Shown here one piece after another: positions 45,086 to 58,900 of a DNA stretch of 64,000 nucleotides (its first letter is position 1; each line of letters begins with the position of its first letter). This DNA is from the human T2T-CHM13v2.0 reference genome, Homo sapiens: assembly GCF_009914755.1 (NCBI RefSeq), contig NC_060947.1. One strand, written 5' to 3'. The notes below the pieces were generated by a model. That model was not told the origin of the DNA, did no database searches, and saw only the letters and a program-made list of their open reading frames with translations. The translations under genes and the position numbers were made by a program.

Positions 45086-48000
45086 CTGAAGATTGGCAAA
45101 ATCCAGTATGTGAAGACAGCACTAAATTTTCAGTCACAGGCTTAATTTTCTGTTCATCGCTGCTTCCCTCACCTATAGAATTCTGATCATCATCTTCTAT
45201 ATCAGAAGAAGATGAGGATGTAATGTCAGCTTGCTTCCTTTTAGTGCTTGTTCTTAGGGAGTTTCTCTTTTTCTCCTTGACAATGACTGCCTTCTTTTTA
45301 GATGAAGTTCTTTGCTTCTTCTTTTTATTATCTTCAGAACTTTCCTCAGCATCAGATGATGATGAGCCACTTTGTATTTCCTTAGTATTTCTCTTTGAAC
45401 TTAAATTTCTTCTTTCCCTCAATTCTATTCTTTTCAGTCTCTTATCAGAAGAGTTACAACCATCTTCTTTCATGGAATATTTCTCAGTATCAGATGATGA
45501 ACAATCTTGTCTCTTCCTTGAACTCTTTCCAAGCAACTTGCACCTTTTCTTCTCTCTACCATATGCTCCATTCTTACTCTTTTTATCCTCTGAAGAGTCA
45601 CAACTATCTCCTTTCCCTGTTGACTTCTCAGCATAATCAGATAATTCATCCTTCTTTTTAGAAGTTTTATCTCTTATTTTTTTACTTTTCTTTTCTCCAT
45701 CAGTTGTTCCATTCTTAATTTGTTTTATGCCCTTAGGAAAATGACAAATTTCTTCTCGCTCAGGTAACTTTTCAGTGCCATCAGATGAAGATTCATACTG
45801 TTGTTCCATTTTAATTACTTTTTTCTTAAAGTCTGAAGGTTTCTTTTTTTCTTCAGTTCCCTTTTTGCTCTGCTTTTTATCATCTTCAGAAGTTTCATCG
45901 CTCTGGTCTTTCTTTAGGAATTTCTCTGCAATATCAGATAAGCCATCCTGTACTTTTTTACATGTTTTGGTTTTGAGATGCTTGCTCTTTTCTTTAGTTT
46001 CAGCAACTTTTCTAACTTCCAAAGAAGTAAAACTCTGCTCTTTCCCAGAAAGCTTATCGACACCATCAGTGGAAGCACTTGCTTGCTGCTTCTTAGGAAG
46101 TCGATCTCTTAATTCCATGATGGTCGTGTCTTTATCAACTGTGCCTTCTGCTGAAGAGAAAGTCTCTCTCTCTTGTTTTCTTTCAGCATCATCAGATGAT
46201 CCTTCTTGTGAGGTCTTCAAATTTTTGTGCCCTTGATTATCCATTCCTTTTTTGCTGTGTTTCTCATCTTCAGAAGAGTCAAAATCTTTTGTATTTGGAA
46301 TTCTTTTTTTGGTGGTTCTGGCAGCACCAATTTTACTCATGCTCTTTATCTCTTTTTCTAATTCTGAGTCATAATTAGAAGACTCAGACTGGGTTTGTCG
46401 TTTCTTTTTAGAAATTATAGAGCTCTTAGCTGATTTGCCCTTTTTAGTATCAAAATCTGAGCCAGATGTAGAACTTTTTCGTTTCCTTTTTCCTTTATCA
46501 TCTTTCCCCGCCTGAGTCTTTAAATCATACAAAGTCTTATGGTTTGTATGAATTTCATTAATATCAGTATCTGAAGAAGAACTGTGACTCATCCTGCTCA
46601 CCTCTTTGAGGATTGCTAGCATTTCATCAGAATCTGAATTTTGATCCACAGTCTCTGATTGCTTAGATTTTGGCAATTTATTAGGCTTAGGATTATCTAT
46701 AGCACTGTCAGAAGAATTACGCTTATCCTTTTTTCTCACTGGAACTGATAGTTTTTGTTTCTCCTTAACTGTTTCATTACATTCTTCATCTGAATTAGAT
46801 GTTACAGGGTTAGTTTCTGTCGGTCGCCTCAAGGGTGTAGTCTTTACACGTGGGGATCTTCGAAGATCAGATTCCTCTAAAAGTAATGAAACTTCATTTT
46901 CAACCAAATGCTCATTATCACTGTTTTCCTGTCCAAGTCCACATTTCTCTAACTTGGGGTTCAGACCACAACTTTTATAGCCATCTTTATCTTGTGGAAC
47001 TTCCTGACAATCAGCACCTTTAATTGGGGAATTAGAAAGGGAAACAGGAGTGAGTTTAACATATAATTCTTTTGTTACTTTAGCTGTAGTTTTTGATTTA
47101 ATACCTCCTCTGTTGTCTTTTGAAGAAATATTTAATTTTACAGATGAACTCTCCACTTCTTGTTCAGTTCCACTGCTGCCATCCCCTTGATGATCAACTG
47201 AACTCTGAACTTCCATAGCAGTCTCAAGATTCTCAAAAATGTCTTCTGGAACTGAGGAAGGAACAGACACAATATCCATGTCTAAATCTTCAGAAGTGTT
47301 GGCAGGTTCATATTGAGGTTCTTCTTTTCTATCAGATTTCTTATGTTCACCACCGGTACTTTTATTTGTTCTTTGTTCCTCTGTTGGAACATTCTGATGC
47401 ATGTGCTCACTATCTACCTGTTTTCTTGAAAGTTTAGCTTCTGACTTTGAAATATCCTTCTTTTCCAAAGCACAAGGTTTTTCTCCTTTTCGTGCTTTTG
47501 TTTCAAACTTAGCATCTATGACTTTATGCTCTTTGGTATTTTTCTCTTTGTTTACAGCATCCATCGCTCGAAACTCGGAATTTAAGTCTTCTTCCAATGC
47601 AAGATGAGCCTTCTTAATATCAGCCAACACAGACTTAAAAGCCTTAAGCTGACGTAATTTTGTAGCAGAACTGATTTCTGAATTATCTGTTGCCTGCTTT
47701 AAAAATTTAACATAACTGGAGTTCATGTTGGCTGTGGTCTCAATCAGTTTTTTTGCCTTCTTAATCATCTCTTTGGGCACAATTAGTGCGGAATAAGAGT
47801 AGGTTACAGAGCCAGAACAGGAATCATCTAATTTCTTTTCTTCTCCATTACAATTTGAACTAGTCTTCTTTGGAGAAAATCTGGATGTATGTTCATATAC
47901 TTTATTACTCTTTTCACTGTCAACTTTTATCTTCTTCTTATTTTGCTGCAACAACTGTTCTAAATTCTCAAATACGCTGTTACATGCAGTGACCAAGTCC

Positions 48001-48159
48001 AACAAAGGCTCTGGGTGACAAATGTAGCAATACCATTGGTTGTTTTCATCCATTATTGTGGACAACTCCTTTCGACCAAGGTTGCGTAGAATGCATTTCT
48101 TGCAGAAAGCATTATGGCAAAAGTCACAACAAATCAAGTTTCCACCTTCCGCACACCAC
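45086..48159 (-). CDS. ATRX: ATRX exon 9 (3,074 nt): PHD finger of the ADD domain followed by a long Lys/Ser/acidic disordered region with the HP1-binding LYVKL motif
   Basis: 1021-aa ORF 45072..48137(-) containing CCDFCHNAFCKKCILRNLGRKELSTIMDENNQWYCYIC; CAG acceptor at 48160-48161; CAG|GTATGC donor at 45084-45085. Confidence 0.99.
47052..47066 (-). other. ATRX: Codons for the HP1-binding PxVxL-variant motif LYVKL (residues 586-590)
   Basis: TTA TAT GTT AAA CTC read on the minus strand; established HP1-alpha binding site of ATRX. Confidence 0.85.
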
Positions 48160-48504
48160 CTGAAATGTTTTAAAGATTAAAACATTATTCCCTTCTTTCA
48201 GGAAACTGAAAAGATATGTAAAAAAATAAAAATAAACATTATTCCCAACAAAACTCATTTTAATCTCTTTGTTATAATGCAATTTAAATTTTACTGCCAG
48301 TAATTTTAGTGGTAATTTAGGTCATCTGCTTACTCTTTATTAGAAACTTAAACTAGACATAAATCCAGGGTTTTATGGAAAAGAACAACCTTTCATTAAA
48401 GACATCAATGACGATACTATGAAAGACAAACCTCATAAATGATTATGTAACAATTCCTCCCAAAAGTAGGAAACACTGAATGTTAGCTCATCTATATTAC
48501 CTAC

Positions 48505-48572
48505 CTACATTGTTCATCCATTCCATCTGAGTCACGGCTAATATCATCACTCATGTAATACTTAAAGCAATT
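48505..48572 (-). CDS. ATRX: ATRX exon 8 (68 nt), ADD domain, NCFKYYMSDDISRDSDGMDEQC(R)
   Basis: Pyrimidine tract and TAG acceptor; TAG|GTAGGT donor; links exon 7 and exon 9 in frame. Confidence 0.97.
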
Positions 48573-48659
48573 CTATTAAAAGAAAAGAGGAAGGGGAAAT
48601 TTAATTCAAAATTGATAACATTCATAAAGGACAAAAACTTTATTTTTTTAAGTAATTAA

Positions 48660-49925
48660 AAACACTGGGGAAAATCTCCAGGACACTGGTGTGGGCAAAG
48701 ATTTATTGAGCATATTACACAAGCTCAGGCAACCAAAGCAAAAATTGGCAAATGAGATCACATCAAGTTAAAAAGCTTCTGCACAGCAAAGGATACAATC
48801 AACAAAATGAAAAGACAACCCACAGAATGGGAGAACATTTTGCAAAGTGCCCATCTGACAATGGATTAATAACCACAATATATAAAGAGCTCCAACAATT
48901 CTATAGGAAAAAATCAAATAATCCAATCAAAAAATGGGCAAAAGATTAGACTGGACATTTCTCCAAAGAAGACATACAAATGACAAACAGGCATATGAAA
49001 AGCTGCTCACCATCATTGATTATCAGAGAAATGTTAATCAAAACTATAATAAGATATCATCTCACCCCAGTTAAAATGGCTTATATCCAAAAGACAGGCA
49101 ATAACAAATGCTGGCAAGGATGTGGAGAAAAGGGAACCCTTGTATACTGTTGGTAGGAATGTAAATGAGTACAATCACTATAGAAAACAGTTGGGAGATT
49201 CCTCAAAAAAACTAAAAATTGAGATACCGTATGATCCAGCAATCCACCTGCTGAGTATATACACAAAAGAAAGGAAATGAGTATATCAAAGAGATACTGG
49301 CACTCCTATGATTGTTGGGCCACTGTTTACAATAGCAAAGATTTGGAAGCAACCTAAGTGCCCATCAACAGATAAGTAAATAAATAAAATGCGGTACATA
49401 TACACAATGGAGTACTATTCAGCCATAAAAAAGAATGAGATCCTGTCATTTGCAACAACATGGAAGGAACTGGAGATCATTATGTTAAGTGAAATAAGCC
49501 AGGCACAGAAAGACAAACACTGCATGTTGTCACTTATAAGTGGGATCTAAAAATCAAAACAATTGAACTCATGGATGAACTAATGAAGGATGTCATGAAG
49601 GACAGTTACAAGAAGCTGGGAAAGGTAGTGAGGGGATAGGGAGGAGGTGGGGATGGTTAATGAGTACAAAAAAATACAAAGAATAAGACCTACTATTTAA
49701 TAGCACAATAGGGTGACTACAGTCAATAGCAACTTAATTGTACATTTTTAAATAACTTAAAGAATGTAATTAGATTGCTTGTAACTCAAAGGATAAATGC
49801 TTGAGGGGATGGATACCCCATTTTCCACAATGTGCTTATTTTACATTGCACGCCAGTATTAAAACATCTCATGTATGCCATAAATATATACACCTACCAT
49901 GAACCCACAAAAATTTTAAAAATAC
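48660..49925 (+). mobile_element. L1 3' portion (ORF2 end and 3'UTR; L1MA-type), about 90 bp from the exon 8 acceptor
   Basis: aaaagcttctgcacagcaaagga...gatgtggagaaaagggaaccct...aaaggataaatgcttgaggggatggatacccc. Confidence 0.9.
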
Positions 49926-49999
49926 AAACAATTTTTTTTTAAAAAAGGGAGTATGTGTGCATGTTTCAGAGACTCAAAGCAAAAACACTGCACTACTGC

Positions 50000-50304
50000 A
50001 GCCGGGTACAGTGGCTCATGCCTATAATCCCAGCACTCTGGGAGGACGAGGAGGGTGGATCACCTGAGGTCAGGAGTTCAAGACCAGCCTGGCCAACATG
50101 GCGAAACCCAGTCTCTACTAAAAATACAAAAATTAGCCGGGCGTGGTGGCAAGCGCCTGTAATCCCAGCTATTCTAAAGGTTGAGGCAGGAGACTCACTT
50201 GAACCCTGAGGCGGAGGTTGCAGTGAGCCAAGATCACGCCATTGCACTCCAGCCTGGGCAACAGAGTGACACTCCGCCTCAAAAATAAATAAATAAATAA
50301 AATA
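50000..50304 (+). mobile_element. Alu (AluS-like) with (TAAA)n tail
   Basis: Full Alu consensus. Confidence 0.95.
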
Positions 50305-50435
50305 AACACTGCTACCCACTACCCAATGTCTGTATTTTCCAGACATCTAACTATCTCAAGAATTAATGCCTTGAAACAGATTTCCATACACTCAAGTACC
50401 ACTATTCCTTATTTAAAAGTGTATAAAAGATTTTT

Positions 50436-50743
50436 GGCTGGGTGTTTGGTGGCTCATGCCTGTAATCCCAGCACTTTGGGAGGCTGAGATGGGTGGATCA
50501 CTTGAGGTCAGGAGTTCAAGACCAGCCTGGCCAACAGGGTAAAACCCCGTCTCTACTAAAAATACAAAAATTAGCCAGGTGTGGTAGTGGACACCTGTAA
50601 TCCCAGCTACTCGAGAGGCTGAGGCAGGAGAATCACTTGACCCAGGAGGTGGACGTTGTCGTGAGCCAAGATCGCGCCACTGTACTCCAGCCTGGGCGAC
50701 AGAGCAAGACTCCGTCTCAAAAAAAAAAAAAAAAAAAAAAAAA
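50436..50743 (+). mobile_element. Alu (AluS-like)
   Basis: Full Alu consensus. Confidence 0.95.
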
Positions 50744-51514
50744 GTTTACAAAAGATTTTAGTAAAGCTAATTTCTGGTCTCATACATCTAGCTACTAAAG
50801 CTCTACATAAAAATGTATTAGATTTGGGTACTTAACAATTTTAATAGCCACCATATACAAACAGCTACTATGTATACAGCTAAACAATTAATCTATATTA
50901 TCTTTAAATACCAAATACCTACCATGCAAGGTAGGACATATTATGAGAGAAAAGGCTAACTTTCATTAATATGTAAATAAATCTAAAGTCATACAACTAG
51001 TAAGAGGCAAAGCTGTTATTCAAATCCAAGTTTGACTGACTTCAAAGTCTTTCCAGTGGGACTGCAGAAAGGGAAAAGGTGCTCACTGATACAAACTACC
51101 GATTAGTGAAATGGCCTAGGCTCAACAGACTGGTTCTTGAAAAAAGACAATCACATAGATAAGAAAACAGAAAGGCAAATACATGTCACAAATCCAGCAA
51201 TATTAGATTCTACTGTCACAATTTAAAATGAAACTCTCTAATACATACCCTAGATAGGCCCCTGGCTGAACTGAATTCAAGGAAAGGAGGGATACAAATT
51301 GCTAAAGAACAAAGTACAGTTCATTTAAGCATGTCTGAATCTATCAAAAATTCATGCAAGAAAAGATCTAGAGCTAGAATTCCAAGGAAAACATGGCCTG
51401 CCACTGCATTTCAAAGGCAGCTTTTTATTGGGAAACAAACTAACATAGGATTAATCTTAGCAGGAATATGAGTTAAGAAAACCATAACCTTGACATTTAT
51501 AGGTAGGTAGGTAG

Positions 51515-51819
<305 letters not shown>

Positions 51820-52169
51820 TAAAATTAACTCCAAGGTATTACTAACAAAAAAGTGGCACAGACTGTTAAAATTATAATCAACACATAAAAAACATTTTTA
51901 ATTCTATCATCTCCAAGTTATGTCAAAACCCTGCTCCACATAGATAGTTTACATTTGGGGAAGTAGGATATATAAGGGGAAAGATTATAAAACACAAACA
52001 TTACACACATCCACTCTTGAGATTTTCAAACACACCAAGCTCTCCCTCAACTACCAGTATCTGAATACTATGTTGCCTCTTCCCAGAACATGATGAACCA
52101 ATCTCACTTACCAGGCTGATTCTTATTCATATTTCACATACAGCTTTCCACTAGAAAGCCATCCAAATC

Positions 52170-52350
52170 CTATTTACACAGGCTTCCGGTGTGCTCCCAT
52201 AATCACAGTATCTCCCCTATCATGACACTTAGGCTTTGTACGTCTATTTTCCCCACTATAGTAGAAGTCTTCCAAGGGCAGATACCATTTTCATCTTTCT
52301 TCAAGACTGTGCCCTCAAAGGCCTGGTATATGGTAAGCATTCAAATATTT
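52170..52350 (+). mobile_element. L2 LINE 3' fragment
   Basis: tctattttccccacta...ccaagggcaga...gcctggtatatggtaagcattcaaatattt, an L2-like terminus. Confidence 0.55.
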
Positions 52351-52382
52351 ACGGTATGAAATATCAACAGATCATTACATAC

Positions 52383-52492
52383 CTTACAAATAAGAACTTG
52401 CAATGAAGGGTGTCTATAAATGGAATCTTTTTGAAAATGATTGACCTGTTGTCCACAAGCAGTGCAGCTCACAATCCCATGAAGCCCATCTT
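52383..52492 (-). CDS. ATRX: ATRX exon 7 (110 nt), start of ADD domain GATA-like finger, (E)DGLHGIVSCTACGQQVNHFQKDSIYRHPSLQVLICK
   Basis: Lies inside ORF 52341..52532(-); CxxC motif; TAG acceptor; AAG|GTATGT donor. Confidence 0.98.
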
Positions 52493-53649
52493 CTAGGAGA
52501 AAGGAGTGGCTATTATTCACACATTTATACACAGAAAAAGATACTTACTTTAGTCAGCATTTTGTAACTTTTGTATTAGACATGAAATACCTCATAATCC
52601 TTAGAAAAATGGCATATTGGACACAAGTAAAAAAGGTTAATATTTTATCGACTTACTAAGCACATGACAACCTTGGCAAATTCCAAGTTACAAATCCTAA
52701 TTGTTTCCTTTTACAGATGCAAATGCCATTTTTTACAACTTGAAATAACATTAAGAGAACCCATAAAAAGTTCTAAAACTAGGGGCCAAGAGCTCTTATT
52801 TTGTTATTGCTTTGCAAATAAATTCAGTATCAGTCCTTAAAGAATGGGGAAGTAAGTAACATATACGGAACAGATTCTTTTGCAATCCTACACTTAAGTA
52901 TGCCATAAAGGTTTTTATTCTCATTGGAATTGTCTGCACAGATCCTATCAATATGGTATGTAAAAACTTGGTAATTTTATGATATTACCAATTTCCTTGC
53001 TAATATTTACTTCAACACTATACATAAATTGTCATTAAACTGCCTTTTTTCTATGTGTACTCCACTATCCACTCCATATCAATACTGTCTACTATTTCCA
53101 AATAAAGACAAACAAGACATTGCAGGTATATCTATTTTGGCAGCAAAACATCAGAACGACTGGGGGAAAAAGGCAGAGTCCCATTCTGTACTGTCTCCTG
53201 ATAAACAGACTGAAGAAAACCTACAGAAACCTCTCCAGCCTCCCTCTTGTCCCTAGTTCTGCTAAGGCAGTGTTTCACACCCTGAGCTAAACATTAGAGT
53301 CATCTGAAGAATCTTTTTAAAAACAGCCATTCCCACCCCTAAACCACTGAATTAAAATCTCTCAGGCATTTTCTTAAAGTTTCAAAGATGATCCTGATGT
53401 GCAACCAAGACCTTGATCAAAATAAGATGGTAGATTATAATTCAGAAGTCACTCAAAATGCTTACATTCACAAATAAAAAGGAGACAACTAAAAAACAAA
53501 TTGGCTCCATCCTTAAATAAAAAACAAAACATCACATATATTTTTCACCCTTTTAATTTTCTCTTTTGGGTTTCTGTTAGGTTTAAGGTCCAAAGCGCCA
53601 TGGACCCAAATATTATCATGAATATTTTTATTTGTAGAAACTTTAAAAA

Positions 53650-53933
<284 letters not shown>

Positions 53934-54017
53934 GAAGCTAAAAACGTTAATGTATAAGAACACCATCATACTTTTTTAGAAAAGTAAACTTGAAGGTTTA
54001 CTATTTATGTTGCTAAT

Positions 54018-54173
54018 ATTTTTATTTATTTATTTTTTTAATTTTAAAGATGGGGTCTCAATCCATCACCCAGACTGGAGTACAATGGCACAATTATAAA
54101 TCACTGTAGCCTCAAACGCCTGAGTTCAAGCAATCCTCCTATCTCAACCTACCTAATAGCAGGCATTACAAGC
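54018..54173 (-). mobile_element. Alu right-arm fragment
   Basis: agatggggtctca...cccagactggagtacaatggc...agcaatcctcct. Confidence 0.8.
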
Positions 54174-56408
54174 CTAATGTATTATAATCACATTATTTAC
54201 AAACACCAGTTTGATCTTGGGTATTCATATATTCTGTATTTGTTTTAACAGAAACAAATACACCACACCATACTTTTTCATTTCAAACAATGATTTCATT
54301 CAGATAAACTAACAAGATAAATAAAATGTAGAATCTGAATGTTCATCCAGTGTTAAGTAATACTTACTAAGTATCTTCTATGTGCTTTGGTGCATACATC
54401 GCTCAAGAATTAAACAAAACTAGGTAATTCTTTGGAGATTTTCTCCCACATGTGCACAAGGAATCAAATATAAGGATATTCACCACAGCACTAATTAGAA
54501 AATTAGAAAATGAAAAATTGGGAATAACTTCCTATGTGGGAAATGAATAGTGGCTTATTGATATAACATAATTCTATAGAGCAGTGAAAAATAAACAAAC
54601 TAGATGTACATTTACTGACATGAATACAATTCAAAAACAATGTTAAATGAAAAACGTTCCCAAATGATATATACAGCATATTATTTTGTTATACTTTTAA
54701 ATGAAAAATGTTTTATGAATACATATATAAAAAACATAGAAAAACATGCACACACATGCACATGCATAAAACTTCAATATAATCATTACCTGTGGGGTGG
54801 GAAGAAGGGGAAATGGATGAGAGTAGGACTGAACCAATATTTTACTTAAGTGAGATCTGAAGCAAATATGGTAAAATGTTGAAATGTTACTTTATGTACT
54901 TGTTGCTGTATACATGTTTAAATTTTTTATTTTTAATTATGAAATATATTTAAAATTGTAACACAGGGTATAAATGGAAAAGAGGCATTTTCATTTCTGA
55001 GCTCAATAGATTTTAATGGTTTTAAATAGAACAAAATTATTGTGTCATGTAAAAAAGTTAGGTGTAAAATATACTTTCTAACAATTAAACTGGGAAGAGA
55101 ATGTCAAAATAGGGTATGATACTGAAAATTTTTTAAAAAATCAGCTCCTGAAATGTTAACTTTAACCGTATCTTTGTGTTATAATATTATTCCAAATCAA
55201 TATAAGACTTTATATATTGTCTTACATTCTTGTAATGTCTTACATTTCTTGTAATACAAGAAAGTTTACATTCTTGACAGTTTCCTAAGTTAGGCTTCAA
55301 TTTGGAACCAGCTTTCTTAAAAAGTTTAAATATTAACTACACCAATTCAGTATTTCAGATCACCAATTTATCTATATATGTGTATATAAAGTAAACCTAG
55401 TGTTAAATTTCCTGTGTGATTTCTGACAGCTTAAAAATGTAACAAATCATTAAGATGAAAATAGATGTGAAAGATTTAAGTGCTACTGATGGCTATAAAT
55501 GCATGTATTCCCTTAAGCGTGATACCAAAACATTCCTACACAGATCATTCAATAAAATGTTCCTGAAACTTATCAGCTGAGACCAAATGTCAGCAGCATA
55601 CCAAAGTGGCACTAGGAATACCCTCGTCAACAACAGTGGTTCTTTTATTCTTTCAGCCCTTATCCACATTTCAGACACTGACTGCTACAGGGTCCCTTCC
55701 CAAAAATAACACCATTTAGACACTCTGTACACTAAGTGTACACAATGCAGAACACTTAGTTATTTGTCTTCTCTAGAGAACCTATGATCAGAGGAAAGAA
55801 ACTCTTACTACTGATCTTTACCATCACTTTATAATTGAGGATTCTCTTAAATTTTAAGACTACTACCTTAGCTTTAATGAGCTCTGTTGCTGCAATGGCA
55901 GTTTCCCTACCATGAACTAGATTCTCAGAAAGATTCCTTATGCTCAAAAGGAGTTGACTACCCCTTTGTGGACAAAAGACTATATAATATTTCCTTTATT
56001 TTTGCCAACAACCTTACAAATTATTTAATCGGAAAATGAATATATAAAATATGTTATAAAAATAGATATATTTTACTGGTTCCAGCAAGATAATCATAGC
56101 ATTAAAATAAAAATCCACACAAAATTTCACCAATATAAGAACTTCACTATAATTTCACAATTATATAATCTGATCAATATTAAATGGATATGCTTTCACT
56201 ACACTTCTACTTAGAAATTTAGTGTCATGTTCTATCATTTGGAGATTCATTCCTTTTATAGTTATGAATTCTGGCTTTATTAAGCTGCCCCAAAATATAT
56301 ATAGGCACCATTTAAGAATCACACACAAACAAGTGGGACACATAGTCCACTATTATTTCTAAATGAATCCTTCTGATGCAAACTTTTTATAGATGGTTAG
56401 CCAATATT

Positions 56409-56746
<338 letters not shown>

Positions 56747-57388
56747 CCACCGTTTGTGTGTTTAAGGGAAGATAGACAGACAAAGGGAGAGGTGCCTCTG
56801 GAAGACAGAGGGAGGGTTATCAGCTCTAGCTCCCTACTCCTTCCTACTTATGTCCATGTTGCCATTCTTAGATTAGTGGATTTGAAACTTCAGTGTACAC
56901 AAGAACAAACTGGAGTACATTCTTGACCTCATCAACAGAAATTCTAATTTGTGAGGAGTGGAGTCAAGGGACTTGCATTTATAATACCCCAACTAATACT
57001 AATGCAGATGTACGTCACTCTATCCAACTCTAAATATATATAAAGTTACCTGTAGGCCACAGACAAGATTTTGCATGAATCTAAAATTATTTTAGGGTTG
57101 GGGGGAAAACATAGTATTATGGCATATATGTATTATAGAACATGTGGAAGAAGGAAATGCTACGCTTCTTGAGATAACTTAATAGCCACTGAAGGCAAAG
57201 GTGTTTCGATAAATGGTGCTTAACCTTTTCTGCTTCAGAGCTCAGAGAGAAACAGAAGTTATATTTAAGTAGTGCTTTTAATAAACAAAAGGCAGAAAAG
57301 TGGAGGTATTTTTAGTAAGCACATCCGATTTTCCAATATGGTCATAAACAGCAATTTAAATTCATGTTTCATTTTCACTTGTATTTAC

Positions 57389-57502
57389 CTCCGCGTTTTT
57401 TGAGATTTTCAGTTTTCATTTTACTTCTGCTTCTAAATTCAGGCCCTTTAAAATCATCTTTGTCTTCATTCAGCACTGGCTCTGGCTGTACAATCACTGT
57501 AC
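57389..57502 (-). CDS. ATRX: ATRX exon 6 (114 nt, frame-preserving cassette exon), (G)TVIVQPEPVLNEDKDDFKGPEFRSRSKMKTENLKKRG(E)
   Basis: Lies inside ORF 57375..57560(-); TAG acceptor and GAG|GTAAAT donor; phase 1 to phase 1; known to be alternatively skipped. Confidence 0.97.
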
Positions 57503-58679
57503 CTAGAATGATTTCATTTAAAAAACCATTACACATATTAAATGTGCAAGTGAAGTACAAGACTTCAGTTCAGATAAAGCCAACATTGCTGGTACATAGT
57601 TTGTTTCTTTCAAGCTTTAGATATTGGTGTAAGGACCTCACAAAAGTAAATAAAACAGGGAAATAGTAAAAGGGCCAGGTGTCAACAGTTTATTTGTTGA
57701 AATATAGTTCATAAAAACAGGAAAGGGAGGTATTATGGAGTGATTACAAAACAAATGTGTGAATCAAACAGAAAGCCTCAACCCAGTTCTGAATTTTTAT
57801 AGTGCCTATCACAAAAGCTGTTATGAATATGAACATCTATGCTAAGTTCCATAAAGAATTCATAAAATATGTGTGGTTCAGAGGGAAAAAATTTTTAAAG
57901 ACATCCTATTTTCATAATCCAAATCATAAACTCAGAAAGATTTTTAAGGGTAGTTTTATATTGCAAGGGAGGGGTATTGGTGGGGGAAATGAAGTTCATT
58001 CTATTACTCCTGTATCTATACTGCAGCATTTCCCAACTGGTATGTCAAAGTTTCACTACTCTGTAAAGTCCTTAAAGAGTTTTAACAGATTAAGATACTT
58101 TAGCTGAAGTACCCTAACAATAAATTGTAGAATGAGATCATTTGTTGATCCCTATGTTAATATTTTAGAAAGAATGTCCTTCCTTAACTATAAAACATGT
58201 GAATTGAAGAGAGAGGCTGTCAATTTAAGTTTTCATTAGTTCTCTCAAGAGCAAATAAGACAGGCATAGTAAAAAGGGTTTAGGTTTCAATGTTTACCTA
58301 CATTGCTGGGCTTAGTAACTGGCTATCATTGGCAACAATTAAGGAAAAAAAAGCAGGTAGTCACCAGGGGCTTTCTCTGAAATATGGCTCTATGTTATTC
58401 AACAAGCAAATTTTGACAAGTTATAGCATCTAGTTGTTAAATGAGTTTCTGAGTCTCTGAAAGGGTGGGGGGGGGGAGGACACAGATGATTGAGATTTTA
58501 CAGATTGTAGTAAAATTAAATAATCCCCACCAAAAAAAAGTTATTCACAGCAATCATTGCATGTAGACACTCAGAGAAGCCCCAGCATTTGAAAAGAACT
58601 AAAGATTTTAAATTAACAACAACGACAAAAAAAAAAAAAACTGAATTCTCCCTAGATTTCTTCTAGGGAGAATTGGAAG

Positions 58680-58900
58680 CAAAGCAGCAGAGTGAAAAGA
58701 GCACTCACTAGGCTTTGGATTCAAGCAGACCTGGGTTGAAATCTTAGCTTCTCAATTTAAAGCTGAAAAAGTTCCTTGGGTTCTGAATTTGTTCCTTTAT
58801 CTCTACAAGCAAAATAATAACTACCTTACAGTGTTGTTTTGAGGATTAAAGGAGTTAATTCTGTAAGAGCCTGGTACTTATACATACTCAATAAATATTA
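58680..58900 (+). mobile_element. MIR SINE
   Basis: aaagagcact...cagacctgggttgaaatcttagc...aataataactaccttacagtgttgttttgaggattaaa...ctcaataaatatta. Confidence 0.75.

Noticed and set aside
45223-47607. Plus-strand ORFs (up to 153 aa) antisense to exon 9
   Set aside because: Shadows of the purine-rich ATRX coding strand, giving F/L/S-rich translations; no independent coding signal.
52989-53197. Possible cryptic exon upstream of exon 7 (CCCCCAG or TTTATCAG acceptors, TTG|GTAATA donor)
   Set aside because: Contains in-frame stops, has several competing acceptors and only a modest donor; not distinguishable from background.
55602-55684. Possible cassette exon in intron 6 (TGTAG/CAG acceptor, TTG|GTATGC donor), considered as the extra exon of the old 36-exon numbering
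   Set aside because: The acceptor lacks a pyrimidine tract (GGGAAGGGACCCTGTAG), both lengths (80/83 nt) frameshift, and it cannot be tied to the historical exon from sequence alone.
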